DNA of 64,000 nt from Lama guanicoe (Eukaryota), in NCBI GenBank assembly GCA_013239625.1, contig MU053431.1:1762485-1826484 (forward strand). Direction: 5' to 3'. The position numbers and the translations under genes were made by a program. Below are positions 49,790-63,389 of the stretch, one piece after another (positions within the stretch are counted from its first letter, which is position 1; every line of letters begins with the position of its first letter). The notes beneath the pieces are model-generated. The model saw only the letters and a list, made by a program, of their open reading frames with translations. It was not told where the DNA came from and made no database searches.

Positions 49790-52760
49790 GGCGGCAGGGC
49801 TGGGACGGGCGGGAGGGGCTGCCACTCAGCCTCCGCCCCTGACTCAGCAAGGGGGTGGCCCACGTGGGCGCTGCTGCTGGGGGGGCCGCACTCCAGGGGC
49901 CCCCGCTTCTTCTCCACACCTCCTCTCTCCCGTTCCCTCTCCCCCGCCTCCTCTCTTCTTTGAAAGCCAGAGAGGGGTTGATCCAGATCCAAAAAGGGCC
50001 TTGAATGAAGAGAAATTAGTGTTGGGTGGAAGGCAGGCTTCTTTGTTCTCGGACTAATGGATGTCGGGAGAGAAAGAAAGGAGCAGTTGGGGCCAGGCTC
50101 CCCGGCAGCCAGGCCGGCGTGGGGAGGGCGGTGACCCCGAGAGCTGGCGCTGGAAGGAGCCCTGCCGGCAGGACCACCACTGTCCTGGTGCCGCAGAGAA
50201 GACCCCCATTGCGCCTCCTCAGCTCAGAAGCGAGTCAGCCCCACACGCCGCAGGCACCTGTCCCCACACCTCTCCGAGGACGAGTCCCAGAAGGCTTTGA
50301 CATCTCAAGAGGACAATGAAGGGGCCAGCCTGGTATTACCCCGACCCAGCCCTCCCCGTCTCGCCTGTGGTCAGAGGACGCGAGGCTCTGCAGGGACACC
50401 GCAGGGCAGCTCGGCCTCAAGCCCCTCCATCCCGGCTCTGCAGAATCAAGGCCGGGTCAGTGCAGTCCCAGTGGCCCAGGCCATGACAGGGACGTCCCCG
50501 TGCCCTCTCACAGCCGCTGTCAAGCTGAGCTCCTGCAGCCTGGCTCCGAGCTGCCTCCGGGTGTTCGTCCCAAGGCAGAGGGGAGTCTCAGCTGGGCTCC
50601 AAGAGATGCCAGCCCTGGGGACTGGGCCGCAGGTGAGGAGGAGGAGCCATGGGTACAGGCAGCCCGCTGGCCAGCAGCCAGGCTGAGGCCCAGACCTGTC
50701 TGTCACGGCCACCAGGCAGGCCCAGCCCCAGCTTCGGGTGCCCAGCAGCACAGGCACCTCCTTGGTGTCTGGGAGCCAGTCTCCAGACAGAATGGCCTGG
50801 CCCCAGGAAGGTGCCCTGCGCCAGGGGAAAGCGGATCCCAGGGAAGCTGCCCTGGACCAGCTGGGACCTCGAGTGGCAGAAAGGCCCTGAGAGTGACACG
50901 CAGGCCCTTTGAAGCAGGTTCTCCCTGGGCCTGGGAGCAGGCAGACGGTTGGACAGGCAGACAACCCACGGGGTCAGCCCTGACTTGGGATCAGAGTCAG
51001 GGTCAGCCAGGACTCAGCCTCCCCACCCACAAGCACGGCGAGTTGGAGGCTGCATTGTCCAGTGTCACTTCGGATCTGGACACTCTGCTGTGAATCAATG
51101 TATGACTTGAGCCCCACAAAATCCTCCTCCGAGCTATTCACCAAGAACAGGGCCACCAGCTGGTCCCCAGGCCAGGCAGCCCTCCCATGACTCAGTGGCC
51201 ACTGAGTGTCGCCGGGGGAGCCCAGCGGACAGGCCCAAGGTCATTGCAGCCCCCAGCCCGGCCCGGCAAGTGGGCATCTGAGTTCAGCAAAGATCAAGTC
51301 CAGGCCCGGGCATCAGACTCCAAGAGGAGGGCCTGGGTTCTGTGAACAGGTCCCCAGGCCGCCCCGACATCCCTGGGCCTCGGGCCCCCTTCAGACCCAG
51401 CGAGTCCCCTGAGCCCTGGGCGTGGGCGCGCTCTTCCCACCCACCCAGCCACGGCTGGATGTGACGGCCCCGGAGGCCCCAGCCTGGAGTGGACGGAGGG
51501 GACGGTTCCCTGAGGTGGGAGCGGAGTGGACGCGGGATGAGGTGCCCACAGCCCCAGGCGCCGTGGGGGGCAAGTGGGTGGGGCCTGCAGCTGAGCCCCG
51601 AGCCCCCTTTGCTGTGCCCACTTCACGGCACAGGAGGGGACCCGTGTCTGCCCCAGTTCTGGCCACATCTCCTTTCAACCTCAGAGGCCGGCTCTGTGTG
51701 CCGTGCACGTGGTCTCAGAGCCCAGTGCCCACGTGACCGGTCAACAGTGATGGCAAACCCCCACGGTACGCGCTGGCCCCGCCGCATCACACGTCCTGCA
51801 GCGACAGGGACAACCCCTGCCTCTCAGGAAAGGAGTAAAGGAGACTGTGGACCCCGCGACCTGCCCCCTGAGGGGGCCAGCACTCACTCATTCCTCATCA
51901 GACGTTCACTGGTGCGCAGACGGCCCTGCGCTGGGCTCTTTCACCGAAAACATCTTGGCTCTGGGCCCATCTCTCAAAGGCTGGGGGCTGGGGACCGGGT
52001 CCCCCAGCTCGGGTCCTGCCCCCACCCAGAGCTTTAAGAAGCCACTTGTGCAGGGGCAGGCCCCTCCTGAGCCACGGGGTCCCGTGGGGCCTGGAGCTGG
52101 GGAGACCTGGATCCACACTGGCCACGTGGCAACACCCTGCCTCTCAGTGTCCTGATCTGTGGCCTGGGCACAGGGGAGGCCCAATGGAGAGGGGGTGCAG
52201 GGTCCTGTGACTGTTTTACTCTGGTCTCCAAGGCCCCTCAACCAGCCCAGGGACCTGAGGGACCAAGGCAGCTTCTCCCCGGGGGCCAGCAGGTGGGGAC
52301 GCGGGGCAGGGCAGCACTAAGCCTGCCCCCTGGCTCAGCCACCCCGCCTGGACCCTCCCACCCGGAGATGCCTTCTGCATCGGGGAGTGCCCCTCCGCTC
52401 TGCTCTTCCCCTGCTCCACCTTCAGCCCCCACAGCAGGGCTCCTGATGGCCCCCAGCCTGGGGGATGAGGAGGGAAGCGTCCTTCTAGACTGCAGGCCCC
52501 CGTCCTCCCCCCGTGAGCCTCCTTGGCAGTCTTCCCCGCGGTCCCCCTTCACTCATTCATTCACCTGCCAGGTGCCCCTTCATCAAGTGACTCGACGTCC
52601 CATTCTGATGGGCACGGGGCGAGGGCTGAGGCTCCCGGCCTCTGCACTTACGAGTCACCGGCCTCATCAGCAAGGAAGTCCCAGGACTCCCACTCCAGTA
52701 GGTGCACTGACATTTTACAAGAATATCCAAAGAAATAAAACTCTAACACAGGAATTTCAG
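49790..52760 (+). other. NTSR1: Probable NTSR1 3' UTR (about 3 kb)
   Basis: Runs from the stop codon to just past the first downstream AATAAA I found. Mammalian NTSR1 mRNAs have long 3' UTRs. The end is inferred. Confidence 0.6.
52734..52739 (+). terminator. Polyadenylation signal AATAAA
   Basis: First canonical hexamer I found after the stop codon, in a locally AT-rich patch (cattttacaagaatatccaaagaAATAAAa). Confidence 0.6.
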
Positions 52761-53317
52761 GCTCATCATGGAGAAAGAAATTTGGGGCAGTGGCAGGCAG
52801 TCCCAGACCCTAGTCGCACCTCAGTGCCACAGTCCCATGAGGCCAGAGCTCTGGATAAGCCCCTCCGGCCTCCTGCAGGTTTTCTGAGCTCCGGGCCCTG
52901 TTCCAGCAGCACAGGGACAGGAGAGGAATCCACTCTCCTACAGGAAGGCACCTCTGGCCCCATCGCTGTCGCTAGGCAACAGGGGGAGGACTTGGGAGAG
53001 AATTCCATACATTTTAAAATACATTTGAAGAAAGAAAAAAAAAGCCAGTAGCTGGCTCCGGAGCCTGAGTATAGAAAAAACCCCTCCTTCCCTCCCTCCC
53101 TCTCCCCTCCCCACCCCACCTTCCTCTCACTGCCCCCCACTGCTTCCCACAATTATGATTTGAATTCCAGTTTTTATCAGAACACCATGGAAACCACGTC
53201 CAGGCTGAATTCACGAAGGGAATGACTCCGCGTGGAGAGAACGGGGCAAGGCGGGGCGAGGAGCCACTGGGGAAGGGGAGACGCAGAGCTGGGGCCCGCG
53301 GACACGCCCAGCCTGCA

Positions 53318-53387
53318 CCCTGACCCTAACCCTAACCCTAACCCTAACCCTCACCCTAACCCTAATCCTCACCCTCACCCTAACCCT
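53318..53387. repeat. Interstitial telomeric repeat (CCCTAA)n with variant units
   Basis: 11 in-register hexamers: 7 CCCTAA, 1 CCCTGA, 2 CCCTCA, 1 TCCTCA. Confidence 0.93.
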
Positions 53388-56300
53388 CCCGGCCCGCCGG
53401 CCTGCTCCCCGGGTCAGAGAGGGCGCCAGTTCTCAGCCTGCGGGCCAGCTCACGAGGGGGTCAGCCAGCCCCTGGACGCCCAGACACCGCCCTCCTATCT
53501 GCCTGGGCCCCGCCCCGTCCCACCTCCCCTCCTCCCTCTGGGGTGAAGAGAGAGATGTGGGGGACTCATCCTGCTCCCAGAACCCCCCCCCTGGGAGCCC
53601 CAGCCAGGCCCAGAATCAGGGCCCAAAGCAAGAGCCCCTCCCCTCAGTTCCTGCCATCCCCGACCTGTTTCAAGAATGACGGGGTTCCTTGCGGGAGGGC
53701 TGTAGCACAGACTGGGGCTCAGGCCCCACTCTGCACCCCAGGGCCTTGGGTTTGGAGCCTGCCGGCAGTGGCCAGGTCAGGGACCCTGCAGAGAGGGGCC
53801 TGCCTCCCTCCGCCCTGAGGGCCCCCTGCCCCGGGCGCCAGGCTCCGCCAGCTCATCCAGTTCCCCACACAGGGCTCCGCTCCCCAGCCCGGGGGCGGCT
53901 GAGCTGCTGACACTGGACTGCCTGTCACGGTGCCAGTGGAACGGGGTGCAGTGAGAAGACGAGCCCCCTGACGGCTACTTCCGAGGACCAGCCAGCCGAG
54001 CAGTCGCCCCCCGTGACCCCGCAATCTGCTCGATTTGACTGCACGGGGCCCGGCATTGAAAAGGCACTCAAAACTCTAGCGAACAAGCTGACACATGTCC
54101 ACCGCCCTAGCCAGTTCTTGCTGGAGACGCGGCAGGGCCCCTGTCCTGGGGCGCACGTGGAGCTGGGCCCCAAACAGGTGACCAGGATGCTCTGGCCTAG
54201 GGCAGGCCTGCCGGCTGGTCACTGCTGCAGCAGGACGCCTGGAGAGCCGGCCAGCCTGTGGTGTCCCCTGGGATGACACTGATGTCCTTAAATTTGAGGC
54301 CACCTGCGCTGCTCAGCAGAGGGAGAGCTGACGGCAGCGCCACTGCCTGAGGGCACAGCCCGGGGCCAGGTGACCATGCCTGGCTTTCTGTGAGGAAGCG
54401 GCCCTGAGGGTTGGGATGGACGGAGCCCCAGAGGGAAGCGGCAGGTGTGGGTGCATCTCGGAGCGGGACCAACGCCAGGAAAGGGGGGCATGAGACCACC
54501 TGTCCTCCTCCCCCAGGGGTCTCCCCCAAGAAGTGGCACCATTTCATCGCCCCCCCGGCCCCGCCGCCACCGCTCAGGGGGCCCCGCAAGGTGGATGAAG
54601 GCCCGATGGGCTCCCAGGCCCCCTGTCTCTTGGGAGGATGGGCGTGTTCCTGGGCTCTGCCTCCTAGTGTACAATCTGAACAGAACTTCCAGAGGGACAT
54701 CCTGCTCGAGCCGTGTTGCCAGCTGTTCCATCAGTTTAAAGACCCAAGCCCCACCACCTCTGCCCCCGCAGGACCCACAGACGTACCTTATAAGTCACGT
54801 CACACTGGCCACTCCGGGGCTGCCGGGCAGACATCCCGGGGGGCGGCTGTGACGGGGGAGCCGGGGTGTCTGCAGGCTCCACCTGCAGTCACCGAGCTGG
54901 GAGCACGTGTTGTGGGGACTGATGCTTCCCCTAGACCTGCCCTCCACCCCCTCACAAGGGTTGGAGGATCGATCCCCTGCCCGGCAGCTGTGGGCAACCC
55001 CGAGAGAGTGTCCTGCCCTGACCGTGTCCCCAGACACCAGGCCAAAACTGTCCTGGCCCTTCCAGGGACCACCTCCCAGAGAGTTGACCAGGACTCAAGT
55101 CCTCATCTCAGGGTGGTCCTGGGAAATAGCCCCCCCGGGGTGGGATATGGGGATGAGTCCCAAGGGCCCAGTTGCTGATTGTAAGTGGGGGTCCGAGCCA
55201 GAGAATAAAGAAAGACATTAACCCAGAAGCCCATACTGGCCGTTTTGGTTGTCCTTCAAGTTTTAACTTCCCTCCGAATCCACCTGCTAGGTTGTTCAGG
55301 GAGGGAATTGGGACCAGGGGTGGATGGAAAGGGAACGAGGCCCCAGGGTGGGCGGGGCTGCGGAAGGAGCGCCCGGACCTGGTCCCCCACCCGGGGTCCC
55401 CGCCTGTCTAGCTTGCTGTGTGCGCATTCATCTTCAAAATGCAAAACCTTCATCTTTTATTATAAAAGTGATTCATTCCCTTGTGAAAAATTTAAATAAC
55501 ATGAAAGAGTACAAAGCGCAGGGCGGAGTCTCGGCGTCGTGCCTGGCCCCCCCCCAGGTGAGAGCTGCTGGCAGGCGGGCGAGCAGCCTGCCCGGGGCTG
55601 TGGGCACCGCCAGCTGCTGCCATGAAAACACTCCAGCCTCGAGCGGCACACGAGCTCACGCTGGCACACACTTACACGTGCACACACGCACACACGTCTG
55701 AGGCCGTCAGTGCACACAGGATTCCCCACTTCCTTTGTGTGCACCTGGAAAGCCGTGTTTTAGACACAAAGTTAAATTCCTGGCATCCCGGTATTTCCAA
55801 AAGCAAACACCTGTCCTATGCAGTGTGAGGTCCCTGTCCCCAGAGCAGCCAAGCAGAGGATGTATCGTGTCTCAACAGGCCTCAGCTGACCCCCTGGGAG
55901 CCCAGAGATGGCCCTTCAGGGGGCCTGGGGTGCGGGGCCCCTTGCTCCCCTCCCCCTTCCTTTATTCAGCTTCACAAAATGCAGCCCAGGGGAGGCGGGG
56001 GAGGGGCGCCAAAGAGGGGGCGGGGACAGGGAGGAGGGGGATGGCAGGGAAGGGACGCGGAACCCCCTCTGCTGCCCTCTCTCGGGTTGTGCGACCTCAC
56101 AGCAGCCCCTGGGCCCCTGGGCCCCAAACAGGGCAGGGGATGGCTCCTTTCCTGATGAGGAAACTGGGGCCTGGGGGAGGCTCTGCCCGGCGGCAAGGCA
56201 GAGGACACGTGGGTCTCGCAGCTCCGGCCCAGCCCTCTTTCCACCAGGACTCCGTCCCCGACTGTACCCCTGGCCACAGGACTACCGGCCCCTGGGCAGT

Positions 56301-59300
56301 CGCTCAGCCCACCTGCCCCCACACCAAGAGTCCCTTTACTGTCCCTTATTCCTCCAAATGGGCTTTTCCCCAGAAGACTAACGAGCACATGGGTCACAGC
56401 CTCTGCAGCCTGCGGGGCCGCATCGAGGAGCCGGGGCCAGCTGAGGGCCAGCGTCATCTGAGGAGCCTGATGAAGGCGTGAAAACTTATTTCAAAGTCGC
56501 CAGCACCACCTGTGGTGCCTCAGTGGCCGCAGGGAAGGAGCCCCCCAAAAAAGCGTTAGACTCTGCCCACCTCCTGCCCAAGAAGCAGCGGATTCCCCAC
56601 CCTCCAGGCCCAACGTGGCCGCACTCCCGGGAGGCTGCTCGGAGGAGGCAGCGAGGGGCAGCCTTGACTGCTCTCCCCCAGAGCCCACCGAGCGGGTGGA
56701 GATTCCCACAGCAGGTGTACCTGAGCCCCCCGTGAGTGCCAGGCCTGGGCTGTTCAGGGCCCCGTGGTGAGCAGGGCGGGGCCCTGGGGCTGGAGGGATG
56801 GGCAGGACAGACGAGAATGAGGAAAACAGTCACAAAGGGGCTCTTGGGGGGCAGATGGAGACAGTGGCTGGGAGGAGCAGGCGTCTCTCGGGGGCTGGGA
56901 TGGTGACACCCGTGTGGTCGGAGCCGGGGTGCCAAGGGCAGTAGGAGGACAGGTGGCAGGGCTGGACCTCAGACCTGGCTTTATTCCCAGCTCCTTGGGG
57001 ACGTGAGGGTACACATTACAGACCCCCGAGAGTCACCCCCATCCCGGAGCTGGCCCAGCCCAGCAGTTGGGACCCTGGGGCCCGGCAGAGCCGTGCCAGC
57101 AGGGAGCCAGCACTGCTGGCTCTGTTGGTCCACATCAGTCACCTCTCCTGGACCCAGACTGCCCTTAATCACCTAGTTCCTTCCCTGGGCAGTCAGTCCG
57201 GCTCCTCTGCGTGACCTCGTCATTCATCCACATTACAAAGTGACGCTTCCAGCAGGGACTGGGAGAGGCGGCACCAACCAGTAACGCTGCAAAGCAGGGC
57301 CCTACCTCCCGTCTGCCGGCACGGACCCCACCCACCAGAGGTGACCCCAGGGCTGAAGGAGGCCGGGAGCTGTCCACACAGTCCCCCACATCCGTCTGCA
57401 GTCCCTGTGGGCCTTCCACTCATCTGCATCTGTCTCCATCACTCAGCAGGTTTAATGAGCACCTGCTGTATGCACCCAGCCAGGGGGCAGCGGCTCATCT
57501 CGTGTTCAGGGGGAGAGCACTCCACAGCCCCGTCCAGGCCCCCTCAGCGCAGCCCCCTGTGGACTGAGAATGTCGCCTGCCACGTCAGTAAACGGGGGAT
57601 GCTGTGGCACCAAGCCCTCAGCCACTGCAGCCGCCCACAGGGTGTGCCAGAGGGGCGCCGGGAAGGAAAGAGCAGACACAGCCCCCCAGGGCTCGGGTGC
57701 TCATCGCAGGAGGGATTCCAGCGAGCCTGGGCGTCGCCCTTCCCAAGCCCGGGCCCGTACCAGTCGACAGACTCCGAAAACAGAACAAGACTCTCCCCTG
57801 GTGCGAAGAGGAAAAGAGCCCCCTCCCTTTCTCTTTCAGGGTTTAGGCTAGAAAGCATGGATTACACGTCCCTTCGAGAGGAACATACATCTTTTTAAAG
57901 CCTAATAAGCCTCCAGCCGGCTTCCAGCCCAGGCCTGTCTTTCTCAGGGACCTGGGAACTGCAGCCACCGGGGAGACGGCGCCGCCTCCCAGCCCCTGCA
58001 GGGGCAGGAGTCTGACCCCGAGCCCCTCCTGTCATTAGGGACGTGGGGGGAGATTTTTCCTTCGGGTAAAGCCGATCGGCTAACACAGATGGTCATCCCC
58101 ATTGGCAGGTGGCTTTAGGATGAAATATGTGTGACAAATGGTGCCGCCAAGCCCCGAGACGTGAGGACGAGCATGTGTGCACCTGGAAGACATGTGGGCA
58201 GTGGGTGTGTCTCCTTGGCTCTGGAAAAGGTGTGATTTCCTCCTGTCTTTGCGCCTCTTAGCAGATGGCCCGGGATGCACGTCCCGTCCCGGTTTGTGCT
58301 CACTCGAGAGGAACCTGTTTTCTTTCTTCTCTACCTTTGTGGAGAGTTTTCTCGGGTTGGCAGATTCCCTCTACTTCTTTCTCCCCAACACCCCAGCTCC
58401 GCGTGACCCTACGTGACTCCGCCTGACTCCAAGGGCCACCGTGCTCCCGCTGCCATGTCCCCTTCACGTTACATGGCTATTTTCCAGTTTGAAGCTGCTT
58501 GACTTTCATACCCAGAGACGTGGCTTCTTCTCAAAGAAGAGCCCACGTGCCGGGAGAGAATGGAGCACACTGCCGAGATGCTGGCACTCCTGAGGAGAGA
58601 AGGCAAACCCGGCCCGACCCCTGCCTCCTCCAGGACGCACTCAGCCCAGCTCAGCAGACACCCTGCCGTCTGGGGCAGTGGGAGGCTCGAGCCGGCTGAG
58701 CTGGGGTGCAATTGCTTTGTCATCCAACCAGAAAGCCAACCCCGCATCTAACACAAGGAGCAGCTCCGACAGCCCTGCTGCTGCTGGCCGCAAACACGGG
58801 GCTGAGCTCGGGGCTCCGTGGCAGGGCATGCCGGTGGGCGGCTTTAAATGACTTTCCACTCATCGCTTTCCAAACGTACAAGTCTCTGTGCGAGCCCTGA
58901 CCCAGGCCTGATTCTGCACCTTGTCTTTTTATCGTTTTTTTTTTAAATACATCATTTTCATGCACATATGTACAATTTTTCAGATGGGGAATATCAGCAC
59001 ACAGGGCAGCACAAAGGAGGCGCGAAACTGATGCAGAGAAGCCCCACTGCCCCTGCCCCTCCGCCCCCTGGTCCTCCCCAGAGGCAGCCCCCCAGGACGT
59101 CTCTGCTCTCCCCGAGGGAGAAGTCGCAGCACAGGGACACGGCTGGCGGGGCCCTTCTGTTAGCACCAAGCCCTCCCCCTGTAACTGTGGTTGTGGGTCC
59201 TTCCACATCAGACTCACACACAGGTCTGCCTTGCCCTCGGGAGCAGAATGCCCGCCCCAAGCCCCAGAGCCGTGTCGTGTGACAGGGCAGAGGGACCTGG

Positions 59301-60047
59301 CAGATGTGACTCAGGAAGGGAGCGCATCCTGGATTCGCAGGTGGGCCCAACGTGGCTGCACGAGCACCACCTGGGCGAACAAGCAGCAGCCCCCCCCGCG
59401 GAGCCTCCAGAAGGAGCAGAGGACAGGGGGCGGCCCAGCCCCGCCCAGGGGTCTCGTCTGCTTTGCACCGTGAGAGTCGAGTCGGCGAATGGTGCTGCTG
59501 GCCGCGGCTATACCGGTGATGTGTTGTGGCCCCTCAGGGAAGCTACACCCGGCCGCCCGTGCCCTGTTGGTGCCAGCCTGCCTCCTTTTCAGTCTTGCCG
59601 TAAGAAAGCTTCGCGGTAACCACCCCTGCAGGTCCGTCTGGGGCGCATGCTGGGGAGGTAAACCCGCCTGTGAGCCCTGAGTTCACCCTCTCCCCTGGGC
59701 TGTGCCGAGGCGGCGCCTGCGTGGACCCGGCTCACCTGCAAGCCCCTCCAGGTGTGAGCAGGCCTGGCCACCAAAAGACTCAGCAAGTATTTGTCAAATG
59801 AGGTGAATCTGTGTGGCTGAAATGGAGTCTCTAACGCTGTCATGTTGAAAACAAAGCGAAGAACCTGCAGCAGGCAGAGTGGGCTTCCCTTTTTTTTAAT
59901 TAGGTGAATTACAGATGGCAAACCACGCTTCTGGGCACAGGGCCTGGTGGACTGTTTGTAGCCAGAATGCTCTCTACCATGCAGTGACCACTCGTTCAGG
60001 TTTCATAATAACCATCTTCATCAGCACAGAGACAGTGTTTACATTCT

Positions 60048-60146
60048 TCAATTTTTTATTATGAAAAGTGTCAAACATACAGAAAAGCTGAGTGAACAGG
60101 ACAGTGGGCACCTGGCTGTCAACCTTCTAGCCTCAACGATCGTTAA
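60048..60146 (-). mobile_element. Old L1 (L1ME-like) extreme 3' end
   Basis: ttttattatgaaaagtgtcaaacatacagaaaag...ctagcctcaacgatcgttaa. Confidence 0.7.
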
Positions 60147-62996
60147 GGAAGAAAACCTACATTTTCTTTTGGGCTTTCCAGGAGGTCAAAGATGAGGGCA
60201 CAGCCTGGACAGCAGGAGAGGAACCTGGGTCTGGGTTGGGTGGAGGAGACAGGGGTGAGCGGGGGTGGGAGGGAGGACTGGTGCGGGTGGAAGGGGGGTG
60301 ACTGGGGTGGGACAGGGTGGGCGGCAGCCCCCCACACTCCGGCCTGGGGCCAGGTGAGGAGGCAGGAGGGGGCAGCTCCCTGTCCAGTGCAGCCACACCC
60401 AGCCCTGGGCAGCGGGCAGACCCCAGGTTGGCCCCTTCCTCGCTGCTGCTTCTCTGGAGCAGCTCCTAACTCAGGAAACAGAGGCGCCTCCCCGCAGCCC
60501 GCAGAGGCGCCTGGGGGTGAGGACGTCTGTTGATTTCACGAGTCAGTTGCAACGTGTCGAGTTCGGTGAAACGTGCTAAGTGCTGTGATCTCATCCCAGA
60601 GGAGGGGCAGCAGGTGCACGGGACACGGCAGAGGGAAGGGGCTCGGTGTCCTCACGCGCTGGGAATTTCAGGATCAGGGAGGGGGGTCCAGAGGGTCTCA
60701 GAGCGCCAAGCCCAGGAGAGCAGCCGGCCAGGAATGGTTGGCTTCTTCCCTGAGCCCTCCCCTCTGGCCCCGTGCACCACAGGGGGACTAGGAGAGGCTC
60801 CTTTGGGCTTTGGTCCGACCCGGAGACCACCCTGTCACCAGGCTTGGACCGTGGTGGGAGCACCAAGGGTCCTCTGCCCACCGAGGCCCTGCACATAAAC
60901 TCCCAGCAGCCCTCCCGGGGCCTCACACAGCAGCAAAACCGGCTCAATTACCGGGAAATAGATTCTCCTTAATCACCTGGATGTTTCGGACGAAGGCAGC
61001 GCCCGCCCTTCCACAGCACCCCGGCGAGCACAGTCATCCGGACGGACGAGGGAGACTGGGTCCTGCTCCCAGCACACAGGAAACAGCTCATGTCACCGTC
61101 GGGGGAGCAGACTGTGCAGCCCTCCACCCGGCCTGGAACCCAGGGGACTGAGGAGAGCTCTCGACCTTGCCCGCCTGAGGCTCTGAGTGCAGTTCCAACA
61201 GCTAGGGGACGAGAGGGGTCTTTGACAGGCAGGATGGCCCGGCTCGAACAGATGGACGCCTAGAGTCACAGTGCTCCAAGCCCAGCCCTCACCTCAGCCC
61301 CAGGAAAGGCCATCACCGCCATCTGTTCCACCTTAACCCCATTACGCACAAGCGGCCGCCACAGTGCAGCCTGACCATGTGGACCTCCGGGCATGTGCGG
61401 GCATCTCCAAGACCCAGTGACAGAATCGGAGCCCAGGCCCGAGGGCTCTTAGACAGGAGCCGCGTAGCGTGGCTTGTCTGGGTCGGGGTCCCCAAAACCA
61501 CCATCTCCCCTGCCCCGTGAGCCAGCACGAAGGCAGCAGGGAGACCCTCTCCCATCAACCTGCAGTCCTGTAGGTGCAGTGGGGCCCAGCGGGCGTGCCT
61601 CTTCCTGGCAGCATCTCAGCCTTCCTCGAGGGCCGCCCTCCCACCCACTGAGGCCCATCCAGCTGGGTGACAATCAGCGTGAACCCCCCCTTCCCAGCAT
61701 GCGGGCCGGGACTGGAGGAGCAGTCAGAGAACGGGCACCTCGTCTACCCCAGCCCTCCGGGGTTCCTGCTGCAGGCCCCGCCTCCCGGCGTCCCTACACC
61801 CTGTCAGCTCTGCAGGCCCCACCCCCGGAGCCAGCCAGGGTCCCTTCTGCCACTCGCTTGCCACCCAGACCCCACTGACACAGAACGAGGGAGAACCCTC
61901 CGGAAGCAAGGAAATCCCGTGGGGAGAATGCGCCTTCCAGCAGGACAGGAGTGAGGCCTCACACTGAGGACTTTCAAAGAAGCGACTGCCATCCTTGAAA
62001 ATCTATGGTCAAGTCCTGCATCGGGTCTCCCCCGGTGTCCCCAGCCTGCCCTGGGTAAGAGCCTCCCTGGCAGATGCCCATGGGAGCTGAGCACCCAGAG
62101 GCGGGTGGAAGTCACAGCCAGGGCCCCGGATGTGGCAGACGATGCGTGAGCATTTCCGGACAGCTCCAGCCAAACACTCCATCCCAGGACAGACCGTGAC
62201 CAGGACTGTGCGTCCTGGGGGACCGGTGGCCCAGGATCACATGGGGGTTTCTGCTCGTGCCAGGAGCCCTGGGGTCCTCAGCTGTGCCCAGGACAAGGCT
62301 CAGGGCTCCTTCCCCTCCTATGCAAAACCTAGGGACAGGTGGGTCTTCATGACTGGGTTTCCTTCAACCAGTGCTGGAACAGTCCAGAAGCACCAGAACC
62401 TGTTTCTACATGAGTTCCCAGGAACCTGGAGTGGCCCCTACCCCCAGGAACCCCTACTCCATCTTTGGAGCTATGCAGTCTCGTGGTCTTGTCAGATACC
62501 CCATTGTGCAAGGGTGACCCCGTGAGATCTTTCCGAGGTTGGCCCTGAAAGCCATCCCCTCGCCACATGTACACTGACCACTCCCATCCCTGGACGCTGT
62601 GGACTTAGAGTGAAATAGAAACGATTTCATTTTCTGAAGCAGGTTCGGGTAATTAGTTTAATCAGAAACGCCTGCTCTGGGGCACAGAGTAAGGCCAGGA
62701 TTTGGGAATCGACCGTGTATGAAATGCTACCTTAAAAAACCCACTGCTGTGGTAGGAGTTCTTGCCACATCTTTTTTTTTTCCTCTCCAATCTCTCTATG
62801 TTTTTAAATTTTATTTTGGAATAACTTCAAATGGAACCAGAAAGGACTCACACGGGAGCCCCTCTCACCTCCCAGACCCCACAGCTCGCCTCGTCTTCTG
62901 TGTTTGCTCTGCAGTTCCTTTCTCTCTGGATCCTCTTCCTGGACCACCAGAGATAATTGCTTTTGTGTCTTTTCATTTTTTTAAAATAAAAATAGC

Positions 62997-63151
62997 GGGG
63001 AGAGTGTAGCTCAGTGGTAGAGCACATGCTTAGCATGCACAAGGTCCTGGCTCAATCCCCAGTGCCTCCATTTAAAAATAAATAATATAAAAAAATAAAT
63101 AAACCTAATTACTTGCCCCCTCCAAAAACAAAAACAAACAAAAACAGAAAA
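62997..63151 (+). mobile_element. Camelid-type tRNA-derived SINE (Vic-1-like)
   Basis: GGGGAGAGTG head, A box TAGCTCAGTGG at 63007-63017, B-box-like GGCTCAATCCC at 63049-63059, then an AT-rich AATAAACCTAATTAC segment, a C-run and an (AAAAC)n tail. Confidence 0.85.
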
Positions 63152-63389
63152 GTAGAAAGAGAGTTGCTGGTGGGAGAAAGTTTAGACAGTACAGAGGGCG
63201 CAGAGCAGAGGGTGACATGGTGACAGCCCCTCCTGGCAGCACCTGGCTCTGTGCCAGGCTCCATCCTGGGCAGCATATCCTCACAGCAGCACGGGATGCC
63301 GGTGGTCCAGGCCCTGCTCGGGTCCTCCGTTGCCCTGGCCCACTCCCCAGGGGGCTCTGTCTCAGAGCTTCCTCCTAGTTCTTCTGGGG

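Noticed and set aside
53232-53546. ORF with PNPNPNPH repeats
   Set aside because: It is simply the translation of the telomeric hexamer array.
58993-59013. Second RE1-like motif (ATCAGCACACAGGGCAGCACA)
   Set aside because: It has mismatches at two core positions and lies in an apparent old L1 remnant, so it is probably chance.
62997-63070. Possible tRNA-Ala gene
   Set aside because: The B box is altered (GGCTCAATCCC), the acceptor stem pairs poorly and a SINE tail follows, so it is a SINE head.
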